Assembly: GCA_025929315.1 (NCBI GenBank)
Contig: JAICMI010000003.1
Location: 132 to 64,131 of the forward strand
Direction of reading: 5' to 3'
From: Frankiaceae bacterium
GTDB lineage: Bacteria; Actinomycetota; Actinomycetes; JAFAQI01
DNA: 64,000 nucleotides
Every line of letters begins with the position of its first letter. Position 1 is the stretch's first letter. The notes beneath the pieces are model-generated. The model was given only the letters and a program-made list of their open reading frames with translations, searched no databases and was not told where the DNA came from. Position numbers and translations under genes: made by a program. This document shows, piece after piece, positions 33,422-41,607 of this stretch.

Positions 33422-34908
33422 GCGACCACCGGGTTGTGATCATCGGTGCCGGCTTCGGCGGGATCGGTGCGTCGATCAAGCTCGCCGAGCAGGGCATCGA
33501 ACACGTCATCCTCGAAAAGCTGGACGACGTCGGGGGCACCTGGCTCGCCAACCAATACCCGGGATGCCGTTGCGACGTCCCGTCGCACCTGTACTCGTTC
33601 TCGTTCGCGCTCAACCCGGAGTGGTCGGACAGCTACTCGCTCCAGCCGGAGATCTGGCGATATCTCAAGAAGGTGGCAGTCGACCACGGCGTCGTAGAAC
33701 GCGTTCGTTTCGGCTGCAAGGTCGACGCGGCGCGCTGGGACGACGAGGCGAAGCAGTGGCGGCTCGAGACGTCGGCCGGCTCGATGACCACGGACGTGCT
33801 GATCGTGGCCCATGGCTTTCTGTCGGAGCCGTCGATCCCGCACTTCGAGGGCATCGAGACGTTCGCCGGTCAGGTGATGCACTCCGCGGAGTGGGACCCG
33901 TCGTACGACGTGACCGGCAAGCGGGTGGGCGTGATCGGGACAGGCGCGTCGGCGGTGCAGATCGTGCCGGAGATCCACAAGCAAGCAACATCCCTGTCGG
34001 TGTTCCAGCGAACGGCCGCGTGGATCCTGCCGCACCGGGGCCGCACGATCCGGCCGTGGGAGCACGAGCTCTATCGACGCGTGCCGGCGGTGCAGCGAGC
34101 GGTCCGCGGGTTTCACTACTGGTCGTCGGAGTTCCTCGCCGTCCCCGCGCTCATGAAGCCGGCCGGCGGCAAGCTGCTGAAGAAGCTGGCGGTCAAGCAC
34201 CTCGAGACACAGGTGCCCGACCCTGAGCTGCGCGCGAAGCTGATCCCGTCGTTCAAGCCCGGATGCAAGCGGCTGACGCCATCGAACGAATACCTGCCGG
34301 CGATCGCGTCACCGATGACGACGCTGGTGACGTCGGGCATCGACCGGATGGTGCCCGAGGGCATCGTCACCGCGGACGGTGTGACGCATCAGCTCGACGT
34401 CATCATCCTCGCGACCGGTTTCCGGGTGACGGACAACACGTTCCCGGAACTCGTCATCGGCCGTGACGGTCGGACCATGCGACAGACATGGGACGAGGAC
34501 GGGTTGGGCGCCTACAACGGGACGACGTTCGCCGGGTTCCCCAACTTCTTCATGCTGGCCGGGCCCAACACCGGTATCGGGCACACGTCGCTCGTCTACA
34601 TGATCGAGGCGCAGCTCCCCTACGTTCTCGATGCGCTTCGACTCATGAAGGAGCGCGGCATCGCCTCCATCGACGTCCGCCCTGACGTGCAGGCGTCGTA
34701 CAACGAGCTGCTGCAACGCAAGCTGTCACCCACCGTGTGGAACACAGGTGGCTGCAAGAGCTGGTACCTCGACAAGAACGGCTTCAACACCACGATCTGG
34801 CCGGACTACACCTTCAAGTTCGCCCGGCGGCTGGAGCGGTTTGACGTCGAGTCCTACTACCAAGAGCTGACGCCCACAACAGAACGAAAGCTGGCCGCGA
34901 TCTCATGA
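33418..34908 (+). CDS. Flavin-dependent (Baeyer-Villiger-type, EthA-like) monooxygenase
   Basis: 496 aa. Contains VIIGAGFGGIG, the BVMO fingerprint FAGQVMHSAEWD (FxGxxxHxxxW[PD]), and a second Rossmann motif VGVIGTGASAVQ. GTGA overlap with the hydrolase gene. Confidence 0.9.
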   Translation: MSDHRVVIIGAGFGGIGASIKLAEQGIEHVILEKLDDVGGTWLANQYPGCRCDVPSHLYSFSFALNPEWSDSYSLQPEIWRYLKKVAVDHGVVERVRFGCKVDAARWDDEAKQWRLETSAGSMTTDVLIVAHGFLSEPSIPHFEGIETFAGQVMHSAEWDPSYDVTGKRVGVIGTGASAVQIVPEIHKQATSLSVFQRTAAWILPHRGRTIRPWEHELYRRVPAVQRAVRGFHYWSSEFLAVPALMKPAGGKLLKKLAVKHLETQVPDPELRAKLIPSFKPGCKRLTPSNEYLPAIASPMTTLVTSGIDRMVPEGIVTADGVTHQLDVIILATGFRVTDNTFPELVIGRDGRTMRQTWDEDGLGAYNGTTFAGFPNFFMLAGPNTGIGHTSLVYMIEAQLPYVLDALRLMKERGIASIDVRPDVQASYNELLQRKLSPTVWNTGGCKSWYLDKNGFNTTIWPDYTFKFARRLERFDVESYYQELTPTTERKLAAIS

Positions 34909-35945
34909 CCACAATGCGAGCCGCCCGTTTCAACGCAGAGGCGAAGTCGCTGGAGGTGCGCGAGGTTCCTGTCCCGGAGCCGTTGCCGCACGAGGTGCTG
35001 GTCAAGGTGCAGGCCTGCGGCGTCTGCCTGTCCGACGTACACCTCATCGACGGCTCGCTGCCGGGGCCGTTGCCCGAGGTCACCCCCGGACATGAGCCGG
35101 CAGGCGTGATCGAGGCGGTCGGTGCCGCGGTGCCGATGTGGCAGCCCGGTCAGCGCGTGCTCATGGCTGCGGGCCGGCCGTGTCTCGCGTGCGTCAACTG
35201 CGCAAGCGGCAGCACCGAACGCTGCCTCAACTTCGAGATCATGGGCTTCAACTACGACGGTGCCTGGGCGGACTACATCGTCGTTCCCTACGCGGCGCTC
35301 GTAGCGGTGCCCGACTCGATCCCGATCGAGCAGGCGGCGATCCTCGCGGACGCCGTGTCGACGCCCTACGCGGCCATCACGGACCGCGCGCAAGTGCGGC
35401 CGGGCGAGGCGGTCGGTGTCTGGGGCGTCGGCGGCCTGGGTGTGCACGCCGTGAAGATTGCGCGCATGATCGGCGCCGCGCCGATCGTCGCGCTCGACCC
35501 GCTCCCCGAAGCGCGCGAGCGCGCCTTGAAGGCCGGCGCGGACATCGCCATCGACCCGCGACTCGACGACGCCGTCGCGCAAGTGCGTGCCGTCACCGGT
35601 GGTGTGGGCCTCGACGCGGCCTTCGACATCGTCGGGTCGTCGAGCATCCTCGCTCAGGCGGAGACGTGCCTCGCCGCACGCGGTCGCCTGGTCATGGTCG
35701 GCATCTCGTGGGAGCCGACATCACTCGGCCCAGGAGTGTTGTTCTCGGTGCAGTCGCAGACGCTCATGGGGCACCTCGGCTATCGCCGGGAGCACCTCGA
35801 CACATTGGTACGCCTCGTCGAGACGGGCCGACTCGACGTGAGCGACTCGATCTCTGCGCAGCTGCCGCTCGACGACATCGTCGACGCCGTGGACCAGCTC
35901 GCGACGAAGCGCGGCAACCCGATCCGCCTCGTCATCAACCCCTAG
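34905..35945 (+). CDS. Zinc-dependent alcohol dehydrogenase (MDR family)
   Basis: 346 aa. Contains CGVCLSDVH, GHEPAGVI and GVWGVGGLGVHAVKIA. ATGA overlap with the BVMO gene. Confidence 0.9.
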   Translation: MTTMRAARFNAEAKSLEVREVPVPEPLPHEVLVKVQACGVCLSDVHLIDGSLPGPLPEVTPGHEPAGVIEAVGAAVPMWQPGQRVLMAAGRPCLACVNCASGSTERCLNFEIMGFNYDGAWADYIVVPYAALVAVPDSIPIEQAAILADAVSTPYAAITDRAQVRPGEAVGVWGVGGLGVHAVKIARMIGAAPIVALDPLPEARERALKAGADIAIDPRLDDAVAQVRAVTGGVGLDAAFDIVGSSSILAQAETCLAARGRLVMVGISWEPTSLGPGVLFSVQSQTLMGHLGYRREHLDTLVRLVETGRLDVSDSISAQLPLDDIVDAVDQLATKRGNPIRLVINP

Positions 35946-35952
35946 CGATTCG

Positions 35953-36405
35953 TCAGGTGGTCGGCGGGCTGGCGGCGGCTTCGCGCAGCCGCTTGGCCAG
36001 ACCTGCCAGGAGCTTGCGAGACAGGCCGGGCACGTCGTCGATGGCGGCGTAGAACTCACGGCTGGAGAGCAAGACGGCCTGGGTGTCGCGGAGAGCCGTG
36101 ACGGTGGCGGTGCGCGGCCCGGGGTCGAGCAGCGCCTGCTCGCCCACGTAAGCCCCCCCACCGAGCTTGGCGAGGGTCTCGCCGCCGCTGGTGATGCCGA
36201 CCTCGCCGTCGATGATCACGTAGAACTCGTGGCCCGGCTCACCCTCGGTCATGAGCACGTCGCCGCCGCGGAAGTCGACGATCTCGGCGTGCCGGGCCAG
36301 CCGGTCGAGCTCCTTGTCCGTGCAAGCGGAGAACAGCGCCACCTGGGCCAGCAGCTTCTGCCGGTCGTGCTTTCCGGACATTCCGGCCCCCTCTGGGCGA
36401 GACAC
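35953..36405 (-). CDS. Stand-alone cyclic-nucleotide-binding domain protein
   Basis: About 142-150 aa. The cNMP-binding beta-barrel pattern is present (FRGGDVLMTEGEPGHEFYVIIDGEV ... GGGAYVGEQALLDPGPRTATVTA). No DNA-binding or other output domain follows. Confidence 0.85.
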   Translation of the reverse strand: MSRPEGAGMSGKHDRQKLLAQVALFSACTDKELDRLARHAEIVDFRGGDVLMTEGEPGHEFYVIIDGEVGITSGGETLAKLGGGAYVGEQALLDPGPRTATVTALRDTQAVLLSSREFYAAIDDVPGLSRKLLAGLAKRLREAAASPPTT

Positions 36406-36455
36406 GTCGATGCGCGATGCGAGGCCAGTCTCCGCGCCCGCTCGGAGGTTGTCAC

Positions 36456-36490
36456 CTGTGGTTCAGGTCGCGCGTCAGCGGGAACCACAG
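36456..36490. repeat. 9-bp inverted repeat CTGTGGTTC-N17-GAACCACAG
   Basis: Read directly from the sequence. It lies in the 171-bp divergent gap between the cNMP-binding gene and the membrane-protein gene. Confidence 0.5.
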
Positions 36491-36506
36491 TGTGAGATGC
36501 GCCACC
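36491..36506. promoter_or_regulatory. Weak CRP-like site TGTGA-N6-CCACC
   Basis: TGTGAGATGCGCCACC matches 8 of 10 consensus positions, with the GTG/CAC core retained. It directly abuts the inverted repeat. Confidence 0.25.
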
Positions 36507-36576
36507 GTTCCATGTAACGCCAATTGCCGTTATATTACGGAGAGGTTCTGGCCCCCGAGTCGAGAGGGCTCGTCGC

Positions 36577-38472
36577 ATGACTGCACCGCTTGTCCCCGCA
36601 CTGACCGCCGCCGGGTTCGCCCCTGCGCGCGGGTTCCCACCCAACCAGGTGATCCCGGCGACGATCGTCGCCGTGCTGCTCACCCTGGGCGTCGTGTACG
36701 GCGCCGTCCGCTACCGGCAGGGCCGGTTCGCGGCGCTGGACCGAGTGGGCGCAGCCGTGGAGCGGCACAGCGGCCTTCCGGCCTGGGCGGCGCTGCCGTC
36801 CCTGGTCACGTCGCTGAGCCTGCTGACGGCAGTGTTCGGCTTCTACTGGGACGTCGCCTGGCACATCGACAAGGGCCGGGACAACGGGCCGTTCTCCACG
36901 CCCGCGCACTACCCGATCATCATCGGGTTGCTCGGCATCGCGATCGCCGGCGTAATGGCCGTCGTCCTCGACAAGGACGACCATCCCAGCGGCATCAAGC
37001 TCCGGCAGGGCTGGCGGGTCAGTGTCGGCGGCGCGCTCCTGTTGCTTTGCGGTCTCATCGCGCTCGCCGGCTTCCCGCTCGACGACGTCTGGCACACCCT
37101 GTTCGGTCAGGACGTCACGCTGTGGGGCCCGACGCACATCCAGATGATCGGTGGCGCCTCGCTCGCCACGCTGGCGACCTGGATGTTGGAGGAGGAGGGC
37201 GCGCGACGCCATCCGGAGCTGCTCGCCGCCGCGCATCGCCGCCGCGGTCCGACGTCGCTTCTCACCCGAGGCTCGACCATCATCGCGGCCGGCTCGTTCC
37301 TCGTGGGTCTCTCAACGCTGCAGGGCGAGTTCGACTTCGGCGTGCCGCAGTTCCGCGCGATCTATCACCCGATCCTCATCATGCTCGCCGCCGGCATCGG
37401 CCTGGTCTGCGCGCGTGTGCGCGGCGGTCGTGGTGCGGCGCTGGGTGCGGCGCTCTTCTTCATCTTCCTGCGTGGACTACTGACTCTCGTCATCGTCGGG
37501 CTCGGCCGCAGCACGCTGCACTTCCCGCTCTATCTCGCCGAAGCCGTCCTGGTCGAGCTCGCCGCAGTCGTCGTGAGCACTCGCCGCCAGGTGCTGTTCG
37601 GTGCAGTCAGCGGCTTCGCGATCGGGACGATCGGGCTCGCCGCGGAGTGGGGCTGGAGCCACGTCTGGATGCCGCTGCCCTGGAAGTCCGCCATGTGGCC
37701 CGAAGGCGCGGTTCTCGGTTTCATCGCCGCGCTTGCGGGCGGTGTTCTCGGTGGCCTCGCCGGCCGCGCCCTGCTGCCGGTTGACGCTCCGCGTCAACGC
37801 TCGCCACGGCTCGTCGTACCGCTGGCGTGGGCAGGTACGCTCGCGGTCATCGCCATTGCGATGCCCATGAGCTCACACAGCAACTACAAGGCGACGGTCA
37901 CACTGACTGACGCCAGCCCGGCGCCGCACCGGACCGTCAACGCGACGGTGAAGCTCGATCCGCCGGAGGCCGGCGACAACGCAACGTGGTTCAACCTAAC
38001 CTCCTGGCAGGGCGGCACCGGCACCTACAACGGCCAGATCGTCGGCCAGTGGGTGGTGCCGATGAAGCCAGTCGCCGGCTCGCCCGGCGTCTACCGGTCG
38101 ACTACCCCGGTGCCGGTCTATGGCAAGTGGAAGACGTTGCTGCGGCTCGGCACGGTCGGCAGCCTGCAGGCGGTGCCGATCTACATGCCGGCCGACCCGG
38201 CGATCCCGGCCAAGGGTGTCAAGGCGCTGCCGTCGTTCACCCGGTCGTTCGTCGCCGACAAGAAGGTGCTGCAACGCGAAGCCGTCGGCGGGCCCGTCAA
38301 CCTCGAGCGCGCTGCCTATGCGCTGCTCGGACTCATCGCGCTGATCTGGATCGCGTCGGTCGCGTTCGGCTTGCGCCGACTCGACCAGCTGCCGCGACGC
38401 AACAGTGGCAGCTGGACTCGCGGGTTGTTCGGACGCCCTCATGCGCCTCGTCGTAGGTCAGTGCCCGCTTAG
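36577..38472 (+). CDS. Large polytopic membrane protein with C-terminal extracytoplasmic domain, unknown function
   Basis: 631 aa with at least 12 hydrophobic segments. Repeated Trp-His motifs occur (FYWDVAWHIDKGRD, LDDVWHTLFGQD). A non-hydrophobic domain of about 170 aa precedes a final TM helix. Confidence 0.7.
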   Translation: MTAPLVPALTAAGFAPARGFPPNQVIPATIVAVLLTLGVVYGAVRYRQGRFAALDRVGAAVERHSGLPAWAALPSLVTSLSLLTAVFGFYWDVAWHIDKGRDNGPFSTPAHYPIIIGLLGIAIAGVMAVVLDKDDHPSGIKLRQGWRVSVGGALLLLCGLIALAGFPLDDVWHTLFGQDVTLWGPTHIQMIGGASLATLATWMLEEEGARRHPELLAAAHRRRGPTSLLTRGSTIIAAGSFLVGLSTLQGEFDFGVPQFRAIYHPILIMLAAGIGLVCARVRGGRGAALGAALFFIFLRGLLTLVIVGLGRSTLHFPLYLAEAVLVELAAVVVSTRRQVLFGAVSGFAIGTIGLAAEWGWSHVWMPLPWKSAMWPEGAVLGFIAALAGGVLGGLAGRALLPVDAPRQRSPRLVVPLAWAGTLAVIAIAMPMSSHSNYKATVTLTDASPAPHRTVNATVKLDPPEAGDNATWFNLTSWQGGTGTYNGQIVGQWVVPMKPVAGSPGVYRSTTPVPVYGKWKTLLRLGTVGSLQAVPIYMPADPAIPAKGVKALPSFTRSFVADKKVLQREAVGGPVNLERAAYALLGLIALIWIASVAFGLRRLDQLPRRNSGSWTRGLFGRPHAPRRRSVPA

Positions 38473-39839
38473 GCGTTCGTGAGCTTGACCAGCTCGGCGA
38501 GTGAGTCGTCGAGATGGGTGAGCAGGCGCTGCAAGTGCGGCACGCTGCGCCGGCAGCCGATCAGCCCGAACTCCAGGTTGTCGACGTAGCTCGTCACGGT
38601 GATGTTGAGCGCCTGGTAGTTCGTCGGGATCGACAACGGATAGACGCCGGTCAAGCGAGCGCCGTTGAAGTAGAGCGGCGCCTTGGGGCCCGGCACGTTG
38701 GAGATGATCAGGTTGAACGGCGGGGGCGCGAGCTGCGCGAGCACGCCCGGCGCCATCGAGAGTGTGAGCGGCGCCATCATCGCCGCACTGATCGCGGTCG
38801 CCTGCAGCTGGTTGAGTCCGCCGAAGAGGTCCTTGCCGCGCTGCATCGACTCGTGAATCGCGGCGAGACGCTCGACCGGGTCCTCGACGTTGGTCGCGAG
38901 GTTGCACAGGATCGTGCCGACCGCGTTGCCCGTGTCCTCACCGCTGTCCTCACTGCGCAACGACACGGGTGTCATGGCCGTGAGCGGGGCATCCGGCAAC
39001 GCACCGAGCTCGAGCAGGTAGGCACGCAGGGCACTCGAGCACATGGCGAGTACGACGTCGTTGACCGTGGCGCCGGCTGCCTTGCCGACTGCGCGGACCT
39101 GCTCGAGCGGCCACGACTGCGCGGCGAAGCGCCGCGCTCCCGTGATGGGGACGTTGAGCATGCTCTTCGGCGCTTGCATCGGAAGGGTCGCGGCGTGCTC
39201 GCGAAGCGCCTGGTTGGCCAGCCGCAGGACCGTCGGGGTGAGCCGGGCGAGATCGCTGACGCCGCGCGCGGCCGCCAGCGGCATCCCCAGGAGGTTGCTG
39301 CCGCCGGACTCAGTACGAGGCTTGCGGGGGCGGGGCGACCAGAAGGCCGGCGTGGACTCATCCGCCGTCGGGCTCAAGGACCGCTGGAGCAACCGCAGTC
39401 CGGACACTCCGTCCATGACCGCGTGGTGGAGCTTGGTGTAGACCGCGAAGCGGTTGCCCTCGAGGCCCTCGATGACGTGGCACTCCCACAGCGGACGCTG
39501 CCGGTCGAGCAAGGACCCGTGCAGGCGCGAGGCCAGCGCGAGCAGCTCGCGGACCCGACCCGGCTCCGGAAGGGCGGAGTGGCGCACGTGGTGCTCGATG
39601 TCGACGTCGTCGTCGTAGGTCCACGCCCATTGCCCGAGCGTCGTCAAAGACCGGTAGGGCCGCATGCGGAACAGCGGCGCGACGTCGGTCGCCGTGAGCA
39701 TCTCTTCGTAGGTCTGCCGGATGAGCGAACGATCGGCGCCCTCGGGCAGATCGAACAGCTGCAAGGAACCGACGTGCATCGGTTGTTCGCGCGACTCAGG
39801 GATGATGAACAAGGAGTCGTTGGGCGCCATCAGCGGCAT
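38469..39839 (-). CDS. Wax ester synthase/diacylglycerol acyltransferase (WS/DGAT)
   Basis: 456 aa. The catalytic HHxxxDG motif is present (LHHAVMDGVSG). N-terminus: DSLFIIPESREQPMHVGSLQLF. C-terminal NVPGP motif also present. Confidence 0.9.
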   Translation of the reverse strand: MPLMAPNDSLFIIPESREQPMHVGSLQLFDLPEGADRSLIRQTYEEMLTATDVAPLFRMRPYRSLTTLGQWAWTYDDDVDIEHHVRHSALPEPGRVRELLALASRLHGSLLDRQRPLWECHVIEGLEGNRFAVYTKLHHAVMDGVSGLRLLQRSLSPTADESTPAFWSPRPRKPRTESGGSNLLGMPLAAARGVSDLARLTPTVLRLANQALREHAATLPMQAPKSMLNVPITGARRFAAQSWPLEQVRAVGKAAGATVNDVVLAMCSSALRAYLLELGALPDAPLTAMTPVSLRSEDSGEDTGNAVGTILCNLATNVEDPVERLAAIHESMQRGKDLFGGLNQLQATAISAAMMAPLTLSMAPGVLAQLAPPPFNLIISNVPGPKAPLYFNGARLTGVYPLSIPTNYQALNITVTSYVDNLEFGLIGCRRSVPHLQRLLTHLDDSLAELVKLTNA

Positions 39840-39893
39840 CGACCGAGTCTACCCAGAGGCCTCGCCGTCTGTCGGTGGTCGTATGGTCCGCGC

Positions 39894-40739
39894 ATGAGCG
39901 ACAAGCCGGTCCCGATTCAGCGCGCCGCCCACAAGGTGCTCGAGCCGCTGCACACGATGGTCTACTTCGTTCCGGAAGCAGGCGAGCGCTACACGGCCGC
40001 CGGCATCTCCAACGGACGAAGCGGCTACTTCGCGAGCCGCTCTGCGCCGATGGGTGTGGTGCCGGCCGAGGTCGTCATCTCGACTTTCTACAACTTCTCG
40101 CCGGGCCTGGTGCGAAAGGCCATTCCGTCGTGCTGGGAAAACTCATCCCCCGAGGCGATGCTCGAGGCGCGGTACGACGCCGTCGACGCAGCCTGGACGC
40201 GACTTCTCGGCGAGGCCGAGCTGAAGTCCGACGAGATGGCCGAAGCAGCCGCTCTCGGTCGCGAGGCGTGCAGCGCGATCGGCGACGAGATCGTCGGGCG
40301 ACCGCTCTACGCCGGACACGCATCGCTTCCGTGGCCGCAGGCCGAACACTTGCAGCTGTGGCACGCCGCGACACTGCTGCGTGAGCACCGCGGAGACGGG
40401 CACATCGCGGCGCTCGTCCTGTCGGGCCTCAGCGGGCTCGAAGCGTCCGTCTCCTACGTCGCCTACGGAAGCGCGTTCAACGAGGAGCTGCAGCGCAAGA
40501 CGCGCGGCTACAGCGAAGAGGAGTGGGCGCAGGCCAAGGTCGGTCTCCAGAGCCAGGGCATCTTCGACGCGGACAACCAGTTCACCGAACACGGTCGCCA
40601 GCAACGCGAGGAGATCGAGGCGCAGACCGACGCAGCTGCCAGGACGCCGTACGAGCATCTCGGCGAGGAACGCACCCAACGGCTGATGGAACTGGTTCGC
40701 CCGTGGGCGCGGTCGATCACCAAGCAGGTGTTCGGATGA
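39894..40739 (+). CDS. Conserved hypothetical protein (resembles the SCO6745-type family)
   Basis: 281 aa from ATG 39894 (MSDKPVPIQRAAHKVLEPLHTMVYFVPEAGERY...). The upstream 460 codons of ORF-track ORF 38514..40739 are antisense to the WS/DGAT gene and are rejected. Confidence 0.65.
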   Translation: MSDKPVPIQRAAHKVLEPLHTMVYFVPEAGERYTAAGISNGRSGYFASRSAPMGVVPAEVVISTFYNFSPGLVRKAIPSCWENSSPEAMLEARYDAVDAAWTRLLGEAELKSDEMAEAAALGREACSAIGDEIVGRPLYAGHASLPWPQAEHLQLWHAATLLREHRGDGHIAALVLSGLSGLEASVSYVAYGSAFNEELQRKTRGYSEEEWAQAKVGLQSQGIFDADNQFTEHGRQQREEIEAQTDAAARTPYEHLGEERTQRLMELVRPWARSITKQVFG

Positions 40740-41554
40740 GTCAGCCGCGGTTCGACGGAAAGGTCGCGTGGATCACGGGCGGCGCGGGCGGCTTCGGTGC
40801 AGGTGTCGCCCGTCGACTTGCAGCGCACGGCGCGACCGTCGTCGTGAGCGACATCGACAGCGACAACGGCGAGCTCGTCGCCAAGGAGACCGGTGGCGAG
40901 TTCGTGCCGTGCGATGTGACGTCGTACGACGACAACCTCGCCGCCGTACAGCACGTCGTCGACGGGCACGGCAGGCTCGACATCGCTTTTCTCAACGCGG
41001 GTGTGACAACCGGCGTCGGTGTGGGTGACGACTTCGACCTCGCGCTCTACCGGAAGGCGATGTCGGTCAACCTCGACGGCGTGGTGTTCGGTATGCACGC
41101 CGCGATCAAGGCGATGAGTGGTCGCGGTGGTCAGATCGTCGCTACGGCAAGTCTCGCCGGCTTGACCGGCACACCTTTCGACCCGATCTATGGGACCAAC
41201 AAGCACGGCGTGGTCGGGCTTGTGCGTTCGGCCGGTCCGGCGCACACCGGCGACGGCATCTTCATCAACGCGATCTGTCCCGGCTTCGCCGACACCAACA
41301 TCGTGAGTCCTCAGGCACGGGCGGCGCTTTCGAGCATCGGAGTCCCGTTGCTCGACGTCGAGGATGTCGTCGACGCGTTCATCTCGGCGGTGACGAGCGG
41401 CGAGGCCGGCCAGTGCTGGTACATCCAGCCGGGCCGACCACATGAGGCCTTCCGCTTCCGCAACGTGCCGGGACCGCGGGATGACTCCGGCGGCTCTGTC
41501 TCTGACCGTGCCGGCGACGTGCAGTCAACGCTGACGGAGCGTCGCGCCCACTAG
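40736..41554 (+). CDS. Short-chain dehydrogenase/reductase (SDR)
   Basis: 272 aa from ATG 40736 (ATGA overlap with the previous stop). Contains TGGAGGFG, NAGV and YGTNKHGVVG (YxxxK). Confidence 0.9.
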   Translation: MSQPRFDGKVAWITGGAGGFGAGVARRLAAHGATVVVSDIDSDNGELVAKETGGEFVPCDVTSYDDNLAAVQHVVDGHGRLDIAFLNAGVTTGVGVGDDFDLALYRKAMSVNLDGVVFGMHAAIKAMSGRGGQIVATASLAGLTGTPFDPIYGTNKHGVVGLVRSAGPAHTGDGIFINAICPGFADTNIVSPQARAALSSIGVPLLDVEDVVDAFISAVTSGEAGQCWYIQPGRPHEAFRFRNVPGPRDDSGGSVSDRAGDVQSTLTERRAH

Positions 41555-41576
41555 TCAACAAGGAATATTTGACTAG
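41551..41576. promoter_or_regulatory. AT-rich palindrome CTAGTCAA-N10-TTGACTAG
   Basis: Perfect 8-bp arms. It starts inside the SDR stop codon region and ends 31 bp upstream of the pirin ATG (AGGAGG RBS at 41597-41602). Confidence 0.35.
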
Positions 41577-41607
41577 GCAAGTACCTTGAGCCTCGTAGGA
41601 GGTTCAC

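Noticed and set aside
38514-39893. N-terminal 460 codons of the 741-aa ORF 38514..40739.
   Set aside because: They are antisense to the well-supported WS/DGAT gene and have a low-complexity Arg-rich composition. Only the part from ATG 39894 looks like a real protein.
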